This document shows positions 41,880 through 55,389 of a stretch of 64,000 nt of DNA, piece after piece. The first letter of the stretch is position 1, and every line of letters starts with the position of its first letter. The notes below the pieces were generated by a model, which worked only from the letters and a program-made list of their open reading frames with translations, did no database searches and was not told the DNA's origin. The stretch is from the human T2T-CHM13v2.0 reference genome, Homo sapiens. Location: NCBI GenBank assembly GCA_009914755.4, contig CP086569.2:19296001-19360000 (forward strand), read 5' to 3'. A program made the position numbers and the translations under genes.

Positions 41880-42110
41880 GATTCAATTAGAAGAACCAAA
41901 AAATAAGATGCGGGCTGAGAAAAGTCTAGGAAACATATCTGAAAAGTGACTTTCATGCGAAATATACAAAGAAATAAGTTGACCCAATTAATAGGTAAAG
42001 ACCTGAATAGATACCTCACCAAACAAGATATGGAGATGGAAAACAGGCAAACGAAATACTGATCGCTAAGCCCCTGTTTCATCTGCTGAAGGCTGAAGCT
42101 CCAAGCCATT
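41880..42110 (+). mobile_element. L1 ORF2 C-terminal fragment (sense)
   Basis: 'gaaaagtgactttcatgcgaaatatacaaagaaataagttgacccaattaataggtaaagacctgaatagatacctcaccaaacaagatatggagatggaaaacaggca' matches the older-L1 ORF2 3' coding region. Confidence 0.6.
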
Positions 42111-42402
42111 TTCTGAGGAACAACAGTGGCTGCCAGAGTGGCAGTGGCTCCAAAGACTATTCCAACCTACCCCAGCTCTACCCTTCCTCCAGGGTGCAAG
42201 CGTTCCCCAGACATTAGGCATGATCTCCAGGAAACAGCCAGAAGCTGGCTGTTTTCTTTCTCAGGTTTTCTTAATTTTATCTATGCCAACAAGTATCCTT
42301 TGGTTGGAAGTTTTATTTTTATTGTAACAATCTTGAGGCCTTGGCAAGTATTAGAAAAGACAGTTTTCAACCTACACTTGTCCCATAAAGAGATAAAATA
42401 AT

Positions 42403-42725
42403 GGGCTTGGCCAGAGATGGTGGCTTGCACCTGTAATCTGAGCACTTTAGGAGGCTAAGCCAAGTGGATGTCCTTAGGTCAGGTATTTGAGATCATCCTG
42501 ATCGACATGATGAAACAAGCTCTCTACTAAAAATATAAAAAATTAGCCAGGAGTGGTGGTGGACTCCTGTAATCCCTGATCTCCAGGAGGCTGAGACAGG
42601 AGAATTGCATGAACCCGGAAAGCTGACATTACCAGAGCCTAGATCACGCCATTGCACTCCAGCCATGGGAACAGAGTGAGACTCCATCTCAAACAAACAA
42701 ACAAACAAAAACAAACAAACAAAAC
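42403..42725 (+). mobile_element. Alu with a (CAAA)n tail
   Basis: 'ggcttggccagagatggtggcttgcacctgtaatctgagcactttaggaggctaag...'. Confidence 0.95.
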
Positions 42726-44559
42726 TATTCAATTGCTTTATTAGGCAGTTATTTTAGAATGATTGGTAGAATTCATTATTATTTTAGTATGCTGAAGATA
42801 GAAAACACAGTGACAGCAATAAGTAAAAACCAAATAACAAGTCATTATAAATTCCTGGAATTAATTTCATCTATCATTCTTTCTGGCTTTTGTTATTTAA
42901 AATGTGTACTGCTGAAATTATCAGATGTTTTATTTGTGACGTCTAAATGCAAAAAGAGACAAAAGTTAGTAAACCATTATTAAATGAATCTCAGTCTTCA
43001 AATTTCATTCTGATACAGTGGAATGTTTTGTGAAAGATGAAAAACTAACAGACCAAACACATGTGATTTCAAATTTTGGCTTACTTTTGTAGAAGCAGAT
43101 TTAAGAACCAAAACCTTCATAGTTCTAATCTTTGTCAATGATTCAACACTGCAAGATAGGTACTGAAGTTGAAATCAGAGCTTTTTGTCAATTCCAACAG
43201 AAACTAGCTTGTGCTCTAGAAATTCCTGTTGCTCCCCTGACATCTGTAAAGAAATAATTTGATTGAAAGAGATCTCAACAAAGTGAAGCATCACACTAAT
43301 ACACCACGTTGTCTTAGTAGCTGCAGTTCACTATTTTATTGTAGTAACCATAAAATTAGAAAAAATAGCAGGATAAATGACTATGTGGACCAGCATAATG
43401 TTCTGAGTTTTTACCAAGTAGAGCTTATAATGTGTTTTTAAAAATTGATTTTCTGTGGCACAATACATGCATGTTTTTTGGCAGCAATCATAGATTAATG
43501 AACAAGCAATAACAGCAAAATAATGCTTAACAACAATTGTCATCTGGGGAAGGCAAATTAACATAAGAATGAGAGCACTAAACAGCTATACTATGTCTAA
43601 ATATCTTTTTAAATATAATCAAAACTGCAACAGAAAATCTCATTCATTGCTGATGGAATGCATAATTGTACAACAACCTTAAAATATGGCTGTTTTCTTC
43701 TGCCACAGTTTGGCAGTTTTTTCCAAAGGAAAACATGATCTCATCATATAGGCTAACAATTGCACACTTAGGTATTTAGACAACAGATTTGGAAACTCGC
43801 ATCTAACCAAAAACCACATGCATTTATGTATAACTGCTCTCTTGACAATGGCCAAATACTTTAAGGAAACAGGATACCCTTCAATATTAACCAAGCCAGA
43901 TAAATTCATAAAATGTGATACTATTCATTAAAAGAAAAAGAGTGATTTATGAAGTCATGCAAAGCCATGGAAGCATCAGGTATACATAAAGCTAAGTGAT
44001 AAAAGCCACTCTGAGGAGATGACATATTGTGTGATTTCATTTCTGTTGCATTACAGAGAAGAAATGTCTACAGAAACGGTAAATAGATTTGTAATTTACA
44101 GTGGTTTGTAGCAGGCAGGTAGTGAGTTGAATAGGAGAATGCAATGATGGAAAGAAACACAAATGGGCTGGGTGAGAAGGGACTCATTCTGCTTGATGAG
44201 ATCATGCTGGTCGTGCGGAAGAGCTAGGAATGTGTATAACAGCATGAATAACTAAATAGGCTTCTACTCATGATAAGAGAGGAGTGTCTTCTTTCATCAC
44301 ACATGTAACTATTTTAGGACAACTTCTGAGGAAGCTTTTGTTGAATGTGATAAAACATACATAAACAAATTTACCATTTCAAACATCTTTGAATGTATAG
44401 TTCAGTAGCATTAACTATGCTCACACTGTGCAACCGTTACCACAATTTCTCATTCTCACTGGCAATGTATAAGGGTTCCAATTTCTCCACATACTCTCAA
44501 ACTTTTCCTTAACAAAAATAGATATTCCAATGGGGATAAAGTGGTAATCCCATGGTGGT

Positions 44560-44790
44560 TTAGGTGTTTATTGGCTGTGGATTTGTAAATGATTTCTTGG
44601 CTTTATCACTGAATGAACATAAAACAAAAGAAAAGATAGATCAATCGAATTTCATCAAAACTAAACACTTTGGTGCATCAAAGGACACTGTCTAGTTAAA
44701 AGGAAACCAACAGCATGGGACAAAATATTTGCAAGTCTTATGTATGTTATATATTCCAGTCACCCACTTGGATCTCTTCCAACTGCACTT
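44560..44790 (+). mobile_element. L1M ORF2 fragment (sense)
   Basis: 'aaacactttggtgcatcaaaggacactgtctagttaaaaggaaaccaacagcatgggacaaaatatttgcaagtcttatgtatg' resembles L1M ORF2 3' coding sequence. Confidence 0.5.
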
Positions 44791-45399
44791 TCCATTTTTT
44801 CTTACGCTAAAACTTTTTAAATAAACATCCACGTTTGCTGTGAAACTTTTCTCAGTCTCTTTTGCTACTTTATTCCCCTCAGCCAAATTCTTTCTTCTGA
44901 GGAGGCAAGAGTTGATGTTACTGCAGACCATGATAGATTTGACAGCAGTAACAGATACTTTCACTGGTAACAGGTCGAGGAGCTGGTGGATAGTGTGGCT
45001 GGAGTACATGCCTAGTATGTGGTGGGCCTGGCCCCAGGCAGTTCTGGACTGTGGAGGGACCAGAACCCCATTCTGAGAGCACTCTGTGGAATGCTGAGGA
45101 AGAAGTTTTGTCTTTTTAGTGAGGTGAAGTTCCTTCACATAATATAAAATTAACTGTTTCTTAATGAATTCTTTAGTGATCCTTAGGACATGCACATTTG
45201 TATGCAACAACCACCTCTAAGTTCCAAACTGTTTTCATCATCCAGAAAAGAAAAAACCCTACCTATTAAGGAGCTACTACCCAATCTGTCCTCTTTCTGA
45301 CACCTAGCAACCAGTAATCTGCTTTTTGTCTCTATGGATTTACCTATTCTAAATTTTATATAAATAAAATCATACAGTATGTGAATTTTGTCTTCAACT

Positions 45400-45850
45400 T
45401 CTTAAATCAAAATGGTTTTGAAATTTCTCCACATTGTAGCATTAGTGTTGTAATCCTTTTTACAGCTGAACATTATGCCATTGTATGGATATACTACATT
45501 TTGCTTCTTACTTTTTGTTGGTGAATATTTATTTGGTTTCTTTCCACATTTTAGTTATTGTGAATGCTGCTATGAACATATGTATACAGCTTTTGTTTGA
45601 ATACCTGTTTTACATTTTGTGTGTATAGCTTGGAGTGGATTTTCTGCGTTCTTTGGTAATTTTATATTTAGCACTTGCAGAACCACCAAACTACTTCCCA
45701 CAGCAGTGGAAGCATTTTACTTTCAAATTTTCCCACTTCCTTTCAACAACTGTTAGCTTTTGTTTGTTTGTTTGTTTTTTGGAATTATAATGGATGTGAA
45801 GTGATATCTTACTGTGGTTTTGACTTGCATTTCCATGAGGTTAAAAGGGG
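45400..45850 (-). mobile_element. L1M 3'-region fragment (antisense)
   Basis: 'ctgaacattatgccattgtatggatatactacattttgcttcttactttttgttggtgaatatttatttggtttctttccacattttagttattgtgaatgctgctatgaacat' is antisense L1 ORF2 C-terminal sequence. Confidence 0.6.
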
Positions 45851-46904
45851 CAGGAGGCATAAGAGTTGGCGGAGCAAGAGGAAGGGTCAGGACAGCCAAG
45901 TGGAGAGGGTAGGCAAGTGCCAGGGACCACAGTGGTTGTGGCAGCCTCTGCCCAGTCTCAACTACAGCAGTGAATAGAAAAGTGAGCCCATGTTTGTAGA
46001 GTGGATTTTTTCACAATCTAGCTGTTTCAACAAGGAGAGCATGTGATTCGGGGGACTTCTCTCCCTCTTCTCATGCATCCCCTATATTCAGTCCTCACTG
46101 GGCACCTGCCTGGAGCCAACCTGGTCTCAGCTCCCAGACAAAGGAGAGCTTCATGCCCTGGGAACCTGATCCCTGTGGCCCCTAATGGACACAGGCCTGG
46201 AGGGAGGAGCACAGCTCATATGTGCTACAACAAGGACTGTAAAGTATGGAAGTGGCCACAACATTTAGCCCAGTCATACCAGGCCACATGAACCAGGCTC
46301 ACCAGTCACGGGCCTCAGCCTCCCTCTTGAGACAGGAACTGCCACAACCATCAATCTCAACAGCCTTTCCAGGATTTAATAGGCCAAACACCTTGGAATT
46401 CTGCTGATTTTAAATTCTGCTGTCATTCCACATCTCACGCAACTGTAGCGCTAGAGACTGGAGTCAGAATCTGCAGGTTGCTTTCTCCTGCTGGTGCAGG
46501 AGAATGTGCCAAGTCAGTCTCCACTTATGGCTGGTACACAGAGCTCCACTTGTGGCTGCTTGGCCACCAGCATTTAATTATTTCCACTGTTACCTCTAAG
46601 GTTTACCAAACTGTATCTGTGGTGTAAGCTGTCACTACCTTCCCTTCCTTTGGGCCTTCCAGAGACTACCTCAAAACACCTATCACACTCAAAAACAAAC
46701 TACTGTGGATTTGGTCAACTCTGGGTTGACATTTAGAAAAGCTGTGGCCTCAGAAAGCAGCTTCCTTTCTGCTCCAAATCTACTAGGCTCTACAAGGAGC
46801 ATTAAGATGGCCCTGCGCTCAGACACAGAAAAGTTCTGGGTGCAAGTCTTAGTCCTCCCTTCTGCAAACCAGATTGATGACCTAATACAGTACCCAGCTG
46901 CCCA

Positions 46905-49900
46905 GTGCCTCCCTAAACCTAAACTTAATCATAACATTAACCTTAACCCTGCTTCTACCCCTAATCCTAATCCAGGATCCCTAACACTAACAGCAACCTC
47001 AAGCCTCAAACTTGACCCCAACATCAACCCTATGCCTAACCACTCACCAAAACCGAAGCCCCAAAACAAATCCCAACTCTAAATCCTAACTCTAACAGCT
47101 AAACCTGAATTTGACCCTGACCCTGATAATAACCCTAACCCAAGGGTAATCCAAACATTACATAAACATGAACTTAAACCCTAAGACTAAAACCCTAACC
47201 CTAAAGCCCTAACCCTAAGACAAAAACACTAATCCTAAACAAAAAACCCTATCTCTATCCATTAAAAGCTAATGTTAACCCTAAAATATTACCCCTAACA
47301 CTAACCACAACACCTAACACCTAGTCCTAAATTCTAGCTCCTAAACCTGCTTTCTGAACAGGAACATAACACTCATATTAAGTCTAATACTAAACCCTAA
47401 GTCCAATCCTAGAACTCTTATTACAACCCTAACCCTACACCTACCCAAAACCTAAACCTAGCTGTTACATAAAACCCAAACCCTAATCCTAACATTAATC
47501 TTTAGCCCAACCCTAACCCTACACCTAACCATAACCCCTAACCCTAAGCCTAAATAGTAACATTAACTCTAACCCTAATGTGTTACCCAATTTGTACCCT
47601 GATGCAAACCCTAACCCTAATTCTAACCAATAATCATAACCCTAACTGTAATCATAATTCTAAACATAACCTTAACCCCTTAATCTAAATTTAAACACTA
47701 ACGATAACTATAACCCTAAAGCATAACCTACTCCTACCCTAATGTTAACAGTAACATTAAACAATAATTCTAAACATAATCCTAATTCTAACACCATCTC
47801 CTTTCTATAACACCAACAGAACCATATCAACAAGCCCAATGAAAACACGAACAGTAACACTAAACACCAACCCTAACACTAACCCCTGACACAAATTCTA
47901 TATCCTAAAGCTAACCCTAACCCTAAATTTTAACCCATATCCTCTAGCCCTAACCCTAAAACTTACTCTATCTGGTAACCTAAAGGTAATCCTTACCCTA
48001 AATACTAACCCTAACTTAACTCTAAAACTAACCTTGAAACCTTAACCCAAAGCCAATCTCTTATTTTTATAAGTAATCTTAATGCTAACAATGAAACACT
48101 GAAGAAGTGAACCTAACCATAAGCTCAACACATAACCCTAACAATAACACCAATCCTAACTGTAAAATCGTAAATCCTGAACTTTAACACTAAAAGTAAC
48201 CTAACTCTAAACCCATCCCTAAAAATAAGCCTAAACCATGTCTCTAAAACTAAAACCTAACCATAATCCTAATCATTTCATAAATTGTAATCATAACCCA
48301 TAATCCTAACCATTAACCAAAACCCTAACCCTAAATGCTAAACTAAACCTTAGTCGCTAACTGTAACACTAACACAAACGCTAATCCCTAACACTAATCC
48401 TAAACCCTAACACTAACAGAAAACTCAATCCCTAATACCTACCCCAAATCCTAACCCTAACTTCAACACTAACACCAACACCAAATGTATGCCCAACCCT
48501 TACCACTATTCCTAAAGCTTTTACCGTTAACCCTACACCTTCATGAACACAACCCCAAATATAAACATAAACCTTACCTTACTCTAAACAGAGATTCCTA
48601 AGCCCAAATCCTAACCCTAACTGTAAAACTCACCCTAAAAAATACTCTAAACATTAGCCAAACCATAAACCCTAACTCTAACACTAACACCCAATCCCAA
48701 GCCCTACTCTAACCCTAACACTAACCCTAATCCTAATCTTTAGCCAAATGCTTTAGCCAAACACTTTAAAGATCATCCTAACCCTAACTAAACCACAACC
48801 AGGTACCCAACGTTAAACTGTAAACCAGCACTAAACCCTAACCCTAAAATTTAACACTAAACCAAACACTTTAATCATAACACTAACACTAAACATAACG
48901 CTCACCCTACTTTTAACCCTCATTCTGAATCCTAAACCTAACCTTAATCCAAACCGTAATGCGAACCCTTACACTACCACCTAAACCTAACCCTAATTCT
49001 AACTATAAAATCTGAAATCCCAAAAACACTTAAGATAACTTTAAATGCATCCCATAACTCTGAAACTCAGACTAAACACTAACCCCAATACCCTTATCCT
49101 AACAGTAAAACGAACATAATTCTAACATAATCTTAACCTTGGCACTAAACCCAAAAATAACTCTTACCCTAAACACTGAACCTAATCATAACCTTAACCA
49201 TAGATCATAAACCCTAACCATTAACACTAACCCTAGCCCTAAAACAAAACCTGTAACCATAATTAAACCTAAACCCTAAACCTAAACCTAATCTTAGCCC
49301 CTAACTCTAGAAAAACCATAATACCAACACTAACCATAAATGCTCACCCCTAACCCTAACAATAAACAAAACGCTGACACTAAACTCTAACCCTAGTCCT
49401 AAACTGTAAACCCAAACCTAAGTGTAAACCTAATCATGACCACTAACCTCAACCTCAAAACAGACCCAGCACTCTCATGCTGAACCTAAATACAAAGTCC
49501 TAATCGTATGTCCAACACTAACACTAACATCTAGCCAAAAATGATGAACATTAACCTTAACAATAACCCTGAACCCTAACCCTGAACCCTGAACCCTAAC
49601 TCTGAATATGACCATAAGCCCCATCCTAATGCTAAATATTAACCCAAACACTGAAACCTAACACTAACACTCTAACCCTTACCCTCACACTAACCCTTAA
49701 CACCAACCCTAACCCTGGCCATGATCCTAATTCCTAACCTCTAACTGTAAGCCTGGCTTTTTATGCTAAACCTAAGCATAACCCAACCCCAAACCTAACC
49801 TCTAACCCTGATTATGAACCTTAACCCTGAAGTCAACCCTAACCCTAGCCCATAACCCTAATCTTAACTCTAACTGCAACCGTAATCCTACCACAGCACT

Positions 49901-50070
49901 AAATCTTATCTCAAGTCCAGCGTTAACCCTCAGTCTAATACTGAAGTTGTTCTGCAATTGTAAACCATATCCTAATCCTCCGTTTCTATCCTATCCTTAA
50001 GGTTACCCCATTATGCTTAAAAAACTTTAAATACATCCTCTATGACTCTAACCTCTAACCCCTTATACCC
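46905..50070 (+). repeat. Degenerate telomere-like hexamer array, (CCCTAA)n/(TAACCC)n, about 3.2 kb
   Basis: Continuous run of 'ccctaa' units and single-base variants (cctaa, cactaa, ccttaa, ctctaa, accctaa, tcctaa). The C-rich strand reads 5' to 3' on the plus strand. ORF 46705-47082 is a by-product of the repeat. Confidence 0.9.
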
Positions 50071-50737
50071 ATAAGAATACAAGCAGTCATACCTCTTTCT
50101 AAGCCCAAGTGAGTATTGAATTAAACATATGATATCACTAGCATAAAAAACTAAATATTACTGAATCTGATAATTATAGACATCATAAAGTTTAACCAAA
50201 TAATAGTACATGGAATTTTTTACACAGCGAAGACATTATAGACCACAATATTTAAGAAATTTTCTCAGAAAATCAAAGAATTTTTACCATTCCAATGCCA
50301 TCCCTTTTCAATATATTATGTAAATCAAATGATGGAACCATGTTTGTCTCGACTTTTACAGAAAGTAAAGACAGCATATTTAACAATTAAAAATCCAATA
50401 AACTGTGGTTCAAATTTTTTTCACGTGCTAAAACGTCTTTATGCAAAACCCATAACAATCATCTAAATTGTTGAGAACCAAGGCTTTAAGATGAGGAACA
50501 CTGCACTGATGCTTAACTATATTAAACCCCTTACTAGAAGTCCCAGTAGGTCAACTATATAGATATACTTATATATGTATATTTACACACACACAACCAT
50601 TCATATGCAAAAGAGAAAAGTAAAACTACTCACAGATCTCATACACAGAAAACCATGAGGAACCATCTAGAAATTATGAAATCTAGTAAACAAATTAAGC
50701 AAAATAACAGGAGAAAATTTCAACAAATGAAATCTTT

Positions 50738-51030
50738 TTTTTTTCCTTTTTATGGCGTTATGCTGTTGTTGCCCAGGGTGGAATGCAATGGCATGATCTT
50801 GGCTCACCACAACCTCCATTTCCTGGGTTTGAGTGGCTATCCTGCCTCAGCCTCCTGAGTAGCTGCAATTCAGACATGCCGCACCATGCATGGCTAATTT
50901 TGTATTTCTAGTAGAGACTGGATTTCTCCATGTTGGTCAGACTGGTCTCAAAGTCCTGACCTCAGGTGGTGTGCCCGCCTTGGCCTCCTAAAGTGCTGAG
51001 ATTACAGGTGTGACCCACTGCACCCGGCCA
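50738..51030 (-). mobile_element. Alu, antisense
   Basis: Poly-T followed by the reverse-complement Alu ('ggcgttatgctgttgttgcccagggtggaatgcaatggcatgatcttggctcaccacaacc...ccactgcacccggcc'). Confidence 0.95.
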
Positions 51031-52154
51031 CAAAATCTATTTCTATTCACTAGCAATAAACCATGTAAAAATGAAATTAAGACAACAATTTTATTTCTCA
51101 AAAAAACAAGAGGCTGGAATCTTTCCCCCTGCCCTGGAAGCCACAGATGCAGGCAGCTGGGGGAGGGACAGCCTTGGAGTTGAGGCTGTGCTGCTACATT
51201 GGGACCTGGCTGCAGTGGCTATGGGGCTAACAAGAAACTCTTCAAGTTTCTGAGAAATCAAAGTAGAATTACTTTAAAACGTAATGGATGAAGAAGAGAA
51301 AACTTCCAGTGCTTTTGAAAGCCCTAACCCCATGATGTCATATAAATATCTTTTGAGTCATAATTTTTTTATAAAAGAACATGAACAGACATCAGCAATA
51401 ATGAAACCCTTGTTGAGTGGCCCAGGTCAATTTGCTGAGAAGAAAACCATTGAGGTCAGTTTGAGAGACATCCCTTCATAAGTACTGTCAAGAGCATGCA
51501 CATATTTTACCTACACATTTTACTACACCTACAGCTCCACAGGGATTTTTAAATTCCCATTTCATCTGAAACTGCACTAGAATTTCTGACAGCTGTAAAC
51601 TTTCTAGATTGTATGTAAATACAATTGATGTTTTATAAATACAATATATTGATATAATAAAATACATTTTAATCAACTGGAAACTCTTTTCAGTGTTTAA
51701 GACCAGCAGTTGAGTTTGTACTTTTTCACAGGTAGTACATTCACTGTATGAAATGTAACTATAAAATTAATTGCTAAGAAGGTTGTCTTCTGTTTTTTTC
51801 ATAACAGAGTTGAAATTTGTTTGCAATGTCAACAAATTGAGGACATTTTCACAAATGCAGAAATAAACAAATATGGCAATTCATAGGTGGTTTTGCTTTA
51901 TCCTATGGATACAATTTTTAAAATGAAAAACGATCTAGAAAATGCTGAAAACTAGAAATAATAAACATGTACTACAATTAAACAATTTTGCCAAGTGTTT
52001 TTATGTATTTAGTTGCTTGTTAATAAAACTATTTTTATGTTGTGGCTGCCCATAGCATTGATGGAGTTATACAAAAAATTGCATTATAGTTATTTTCATA
52101 CCTTAGCCGAAACATTGATTTACTTTTAATGACCCTAATGCAAAAAGTGTTTTA

Positions 52155-52402
52155 TTAATGCCTATAATCTCAGCACATTGGGAAGTCAAGCAGGCACATC
52201 ACTTCAGCACAGAGGTTTGAGATGAACCCAGGCAACATGGCAAACCATCATCTCTGCACTCACACACCAATAAAATTGTCCAGGTATTGTGGCTGAGGCA
52301 AAGGTAGAAAGATAAAAGGAGCTCAGGATTGAGAGGCTGCAGACTTCAGTTAGCCATGATGGCACCATTGCAGTCCACCCTCGAGAAAAAGTGAGACCCT
52401 GT

Positions 52403-52403
<1 letters not shown>
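52155..52403 (+). mobile_element. Alu, old and partially diverged
   Basis: 'aatgcctataatctcagcacattgggaagtcaagcaggcacatcacttcagcacagaggtttgagatgaacccaggcaacatggcaaaccatcatctctgc...'. Confidence 0.8.
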
Positions 52404-52484
<81 letters not shown>

Positions 52485-52520
52485 AAGGGAGAAAGAGAGA
52501 AGAAAGAAAGAAAAAAGAAT
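52404..52520. repeat. (GAAA)n/(GA)n compound microsatellite (Alu tail expansion)
   Basis: 'gaaagaaagaaagaaagagagagagagag...' for about 115 bp. It produces the poly-Glu/Arg and poly-Leu/Ser ORFs at 52346-52621. Confidence 0.95.
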
Positions 52521-52815
52521 ATGAGTTGAAAATTTTTAAGTGCTTTTATAAACTTCAATGTTGTATAAATATGTCTTGTCTTGTCATTTTTGTATTGTTA
52601 CAATTTAAGAAGTTTATTTAAAGACAATTTTGGAATGTTACCAAGTCCAAATTTTAATAAGTAATTGAACTTTACCCAGATCGTCAACAAGTCAATTATA
52701 CAACTTAGAGTTCTTGTGCGTTATGTCTTCTGGGCAATTCAAAGTACTGTGTTTTCGTTGATTATGAAGCAATTCATCCTTTTCAACTTTCAAAACAGAA
52801 AGCAAAAAAACAACA

Positions 52816-52980
52816 GGCTGAGTGTGGTGGCTTATACCTCTAATTCCAGTATTTTGGGAGGCCAAGGTGGGAGAATTGTCAAGTCAAGGTATTTGAAGCT
52901 GCAGTGAGCTATGATTGCACAAGCATATTCCCACCTGGGCAAAAGAATAAGGCCCTATCGCAAAAAGCAACAACAAAAAA
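52816..52980 (+). mobile_element. Free Alu monomer (FLAM-like)
   Basis: 'ggctgagtgtggtggcttatacctctaattccagtattttgggaggccaaggtgggagaattg...gcagtgagctatgattgcac' with an A-rich end. Confidence 0.7.
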
Positions 52981-52989
52981 TCGATGACT

Positions 52990-53900
52990 ATAATGTGTTC
53001 AAGACTATATTTAACCAAGGTGCAAGAATTAGACATGAAAAATTATGAAATACTGCTGAAATAAATTCCAGAAACATTAAATAAATATAAAGACACTCAA
53101 TGTTTCTGGACTAGAAGATGATTTTTATGTGACAATACTGCACAAAGCAATCTACAAATTCATTATAATTCCTATGAAAATACCAAAGTCCTTTTGGTAG
53201 AAATGAGCAAGCCAGTTCTAACACTCACATAAACTTCAAGGAATCCTGAATAGCCAAAATATTCTTAAGAACAGAAAGCAACTTGGAGGCTCGTATTTCT
53301 CAATTTCAAATATTACGGCTAAGCAGCAGTCATCATAACAGCATAATACTGGCATAAGGACATACTCAGAGTTCAATGGAACTGAATGTTAAATCCAACA
53401 ATACCTCTATGGTCAATGGATTTTTGACATGTAGGCAAGATCAGTAAATACAACAAATGCTGTTATTCAACTGACTACCACACTCAGACAAAGAAACTGT
53501 ACTCTTTTCTCACAACAGAAAATTAACTCAAAATGGTTCAAAGCCTACATAGTAGAGGGAAAAACATAAACTCTAGAAGAAAACATAAGAATAAATCTTC
53601 ATAACCTTGGATTTAGCAGTGGTTTCTTAGATCTGATATCAAAAGTGCAGAAAACTAAAGAAAACATTTTCTCAAAATTAAACATTTTTGTGCATCAAAA
53701 GTCACTATCAAGAAAATGAAAAGACGTGTTACAGAAAGGAAGGTTTCCATGTTACGTATGTAAAAACAGTCTGTTATCCACAATATATGAAGAACTTGCA
53801 TAACTCAGCAACAACAACAATAAAAAAAATCCAGTTACAAAATGGAGAAATACAATTCACCAGAAAGACATGTATATCAAGCACATAAAAATATGAACAG
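52990..53900 (+). mobile_element. L1M ORF2 C-terminal region (sense), old
   Basis: The layout and sequence resemble old-L1 ORF2 3' coding ('...aaaacataagaataaatcttcataaccttggatttagcagtggtttcttagatctgatatcaaaagtgcagaaaactaaagaaaacattttctcaaaattaaacatttttgtgcatcaaaagtcactatcaagaaaatgaaaagac...'). Confidence 0.65.
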
Positions 53901-55389
53901 TAAAATATATAAGTTTTATTCCATGAAGTGTTTCATACTTTCGCTTTTCTCATAGTCATGAGGTTCTTTGTGGTAAAATTAGTCCTGTCCAGGTCCACCT
54001 GAAGAACAGCTAAGGTAACAATACTGCTGGGGAGCATTTTTTCCTTAGAAGAGAAAATAAAATATCTGGCAGGAAATAATGTTTTGAAATTAAAACTTTC
54101 ATGCTGGACTAAAGTTTCCAATAAAGGTGACAGTTTGTCCCTCAGCCTTCATGGGCCCAAAATTTATCATGCAGCAGGAAGTAAGAAGGGAAGTTATTAA
54201 GTTAACGGGGTACATGGATACACAAATGCCCCATTTCCATACCAAAACTGTGACATAATTACATACCCTCACAGTATTTCAATATTTAAATATTAATAAT
54301 TCATCTATGTAAATAACTAAGCTTACTTTATTTACTTCACACTGTACAGTTAAGGAGGTTTACAAATATTTATATAAATTGTCATGATGTGTGCTAGGAC
54401 TTTTTTTTCTGTTAAATGTACTGACAGACTACATAAAATGTAAGTATTTAAACCTAACATAACTTGGAGCTAATAACACACAGTTAAGGAAGATAACACG
54501 GTAATAGTCTGTCCAATAAATTCTAATGTAATTTCAATATTTACTTGTGTTATTTGTCTTCAGCACTAAGATTTTTTCTTTACTAATTATCCCAAACATG
54601 GACTTTCATTTCATTAACTATTATTTCCTTGATTTATAAGTTGAGAGTGATCTCATCCATTAACAAATAATGAACTTCTTTTTATCTTTAGAAACAGTGC
54701 ATTATTAGCTTTTCTACAGTTAGATATCAGAACCTCTGACTTTAAAGTCTTAGCTGGACAAAGCCTTGGACAATTAGATAATGGTGGGCACTGGGTGAAT
54801 AGATTGAGAGATTGCACATAAAATTCCTGAGACACCCAAAATCCTGTGTTCCCACAGTTGAAAGCAGACGAGACTCCAGGCAGTTGAGCAGGCTGAATGG
54901 GTAAGAGAAACAGTTAGGAGAACTTGGGGTCTGCAGCCATGGTGCATTCTATGGTTCTTCTTCTAAGGTCAGTGGGAAACCATGGGCAAAATTAAATCAG
55001 GAGGGTGACAGGATGAAATTTGTAATTGTAAATGAATATTTTGTCATTACCATTACCATTACTAACCCTGTATTTCCTGATTTAATAGTTATGTGATGGT
55101 ATCCTTGGAGAGTGTCCTCACTTTTCATAAAACCCCTGGGATATTTTGCATAAAGGTTCAAATCTGGCACAGCAGAAACCACTGGAGATTCTGAGAGAAA
55201 AGATTATACTAACAGCTATTGGAAGTTTCCTAGAAGTATAAAATTATTGAGAAGTAAACTACTTTTAATAAAAACAACCATGTCCATACCTTGTCACTAC
55301 TGCAGAGACAACAACATTAAACTTCATTATAGAGGCCAAATCCTCCCCAAATCCAGCTTAGTGGAAGCCGTGAAACCAAGTGCCCCCAT

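Noticed and set aside
44692-45210. 172-aa minus-strand ORF
   Set aside because: It has no recognisable domain and lies in AT-rich sequence with an old L1M fragment nearby. The codon composition is unremarkable, so it is most likely a chance ORF.
46705-47082. 125-aa ORF rich in N/P/L/K
   Set aside because: It is a translation of the degenerate (CCCTAA)n array ('...NPNPGSLTLTATSSLKLDPNINPMPNHSPKPKPQ...').
52346-52621. ORFs encoding poly-(Glu/Arg) and poly-(Leu/Ser) peptides
   Set aside because: These are translations of the (GAAA)n/(GA)n microsatellite.
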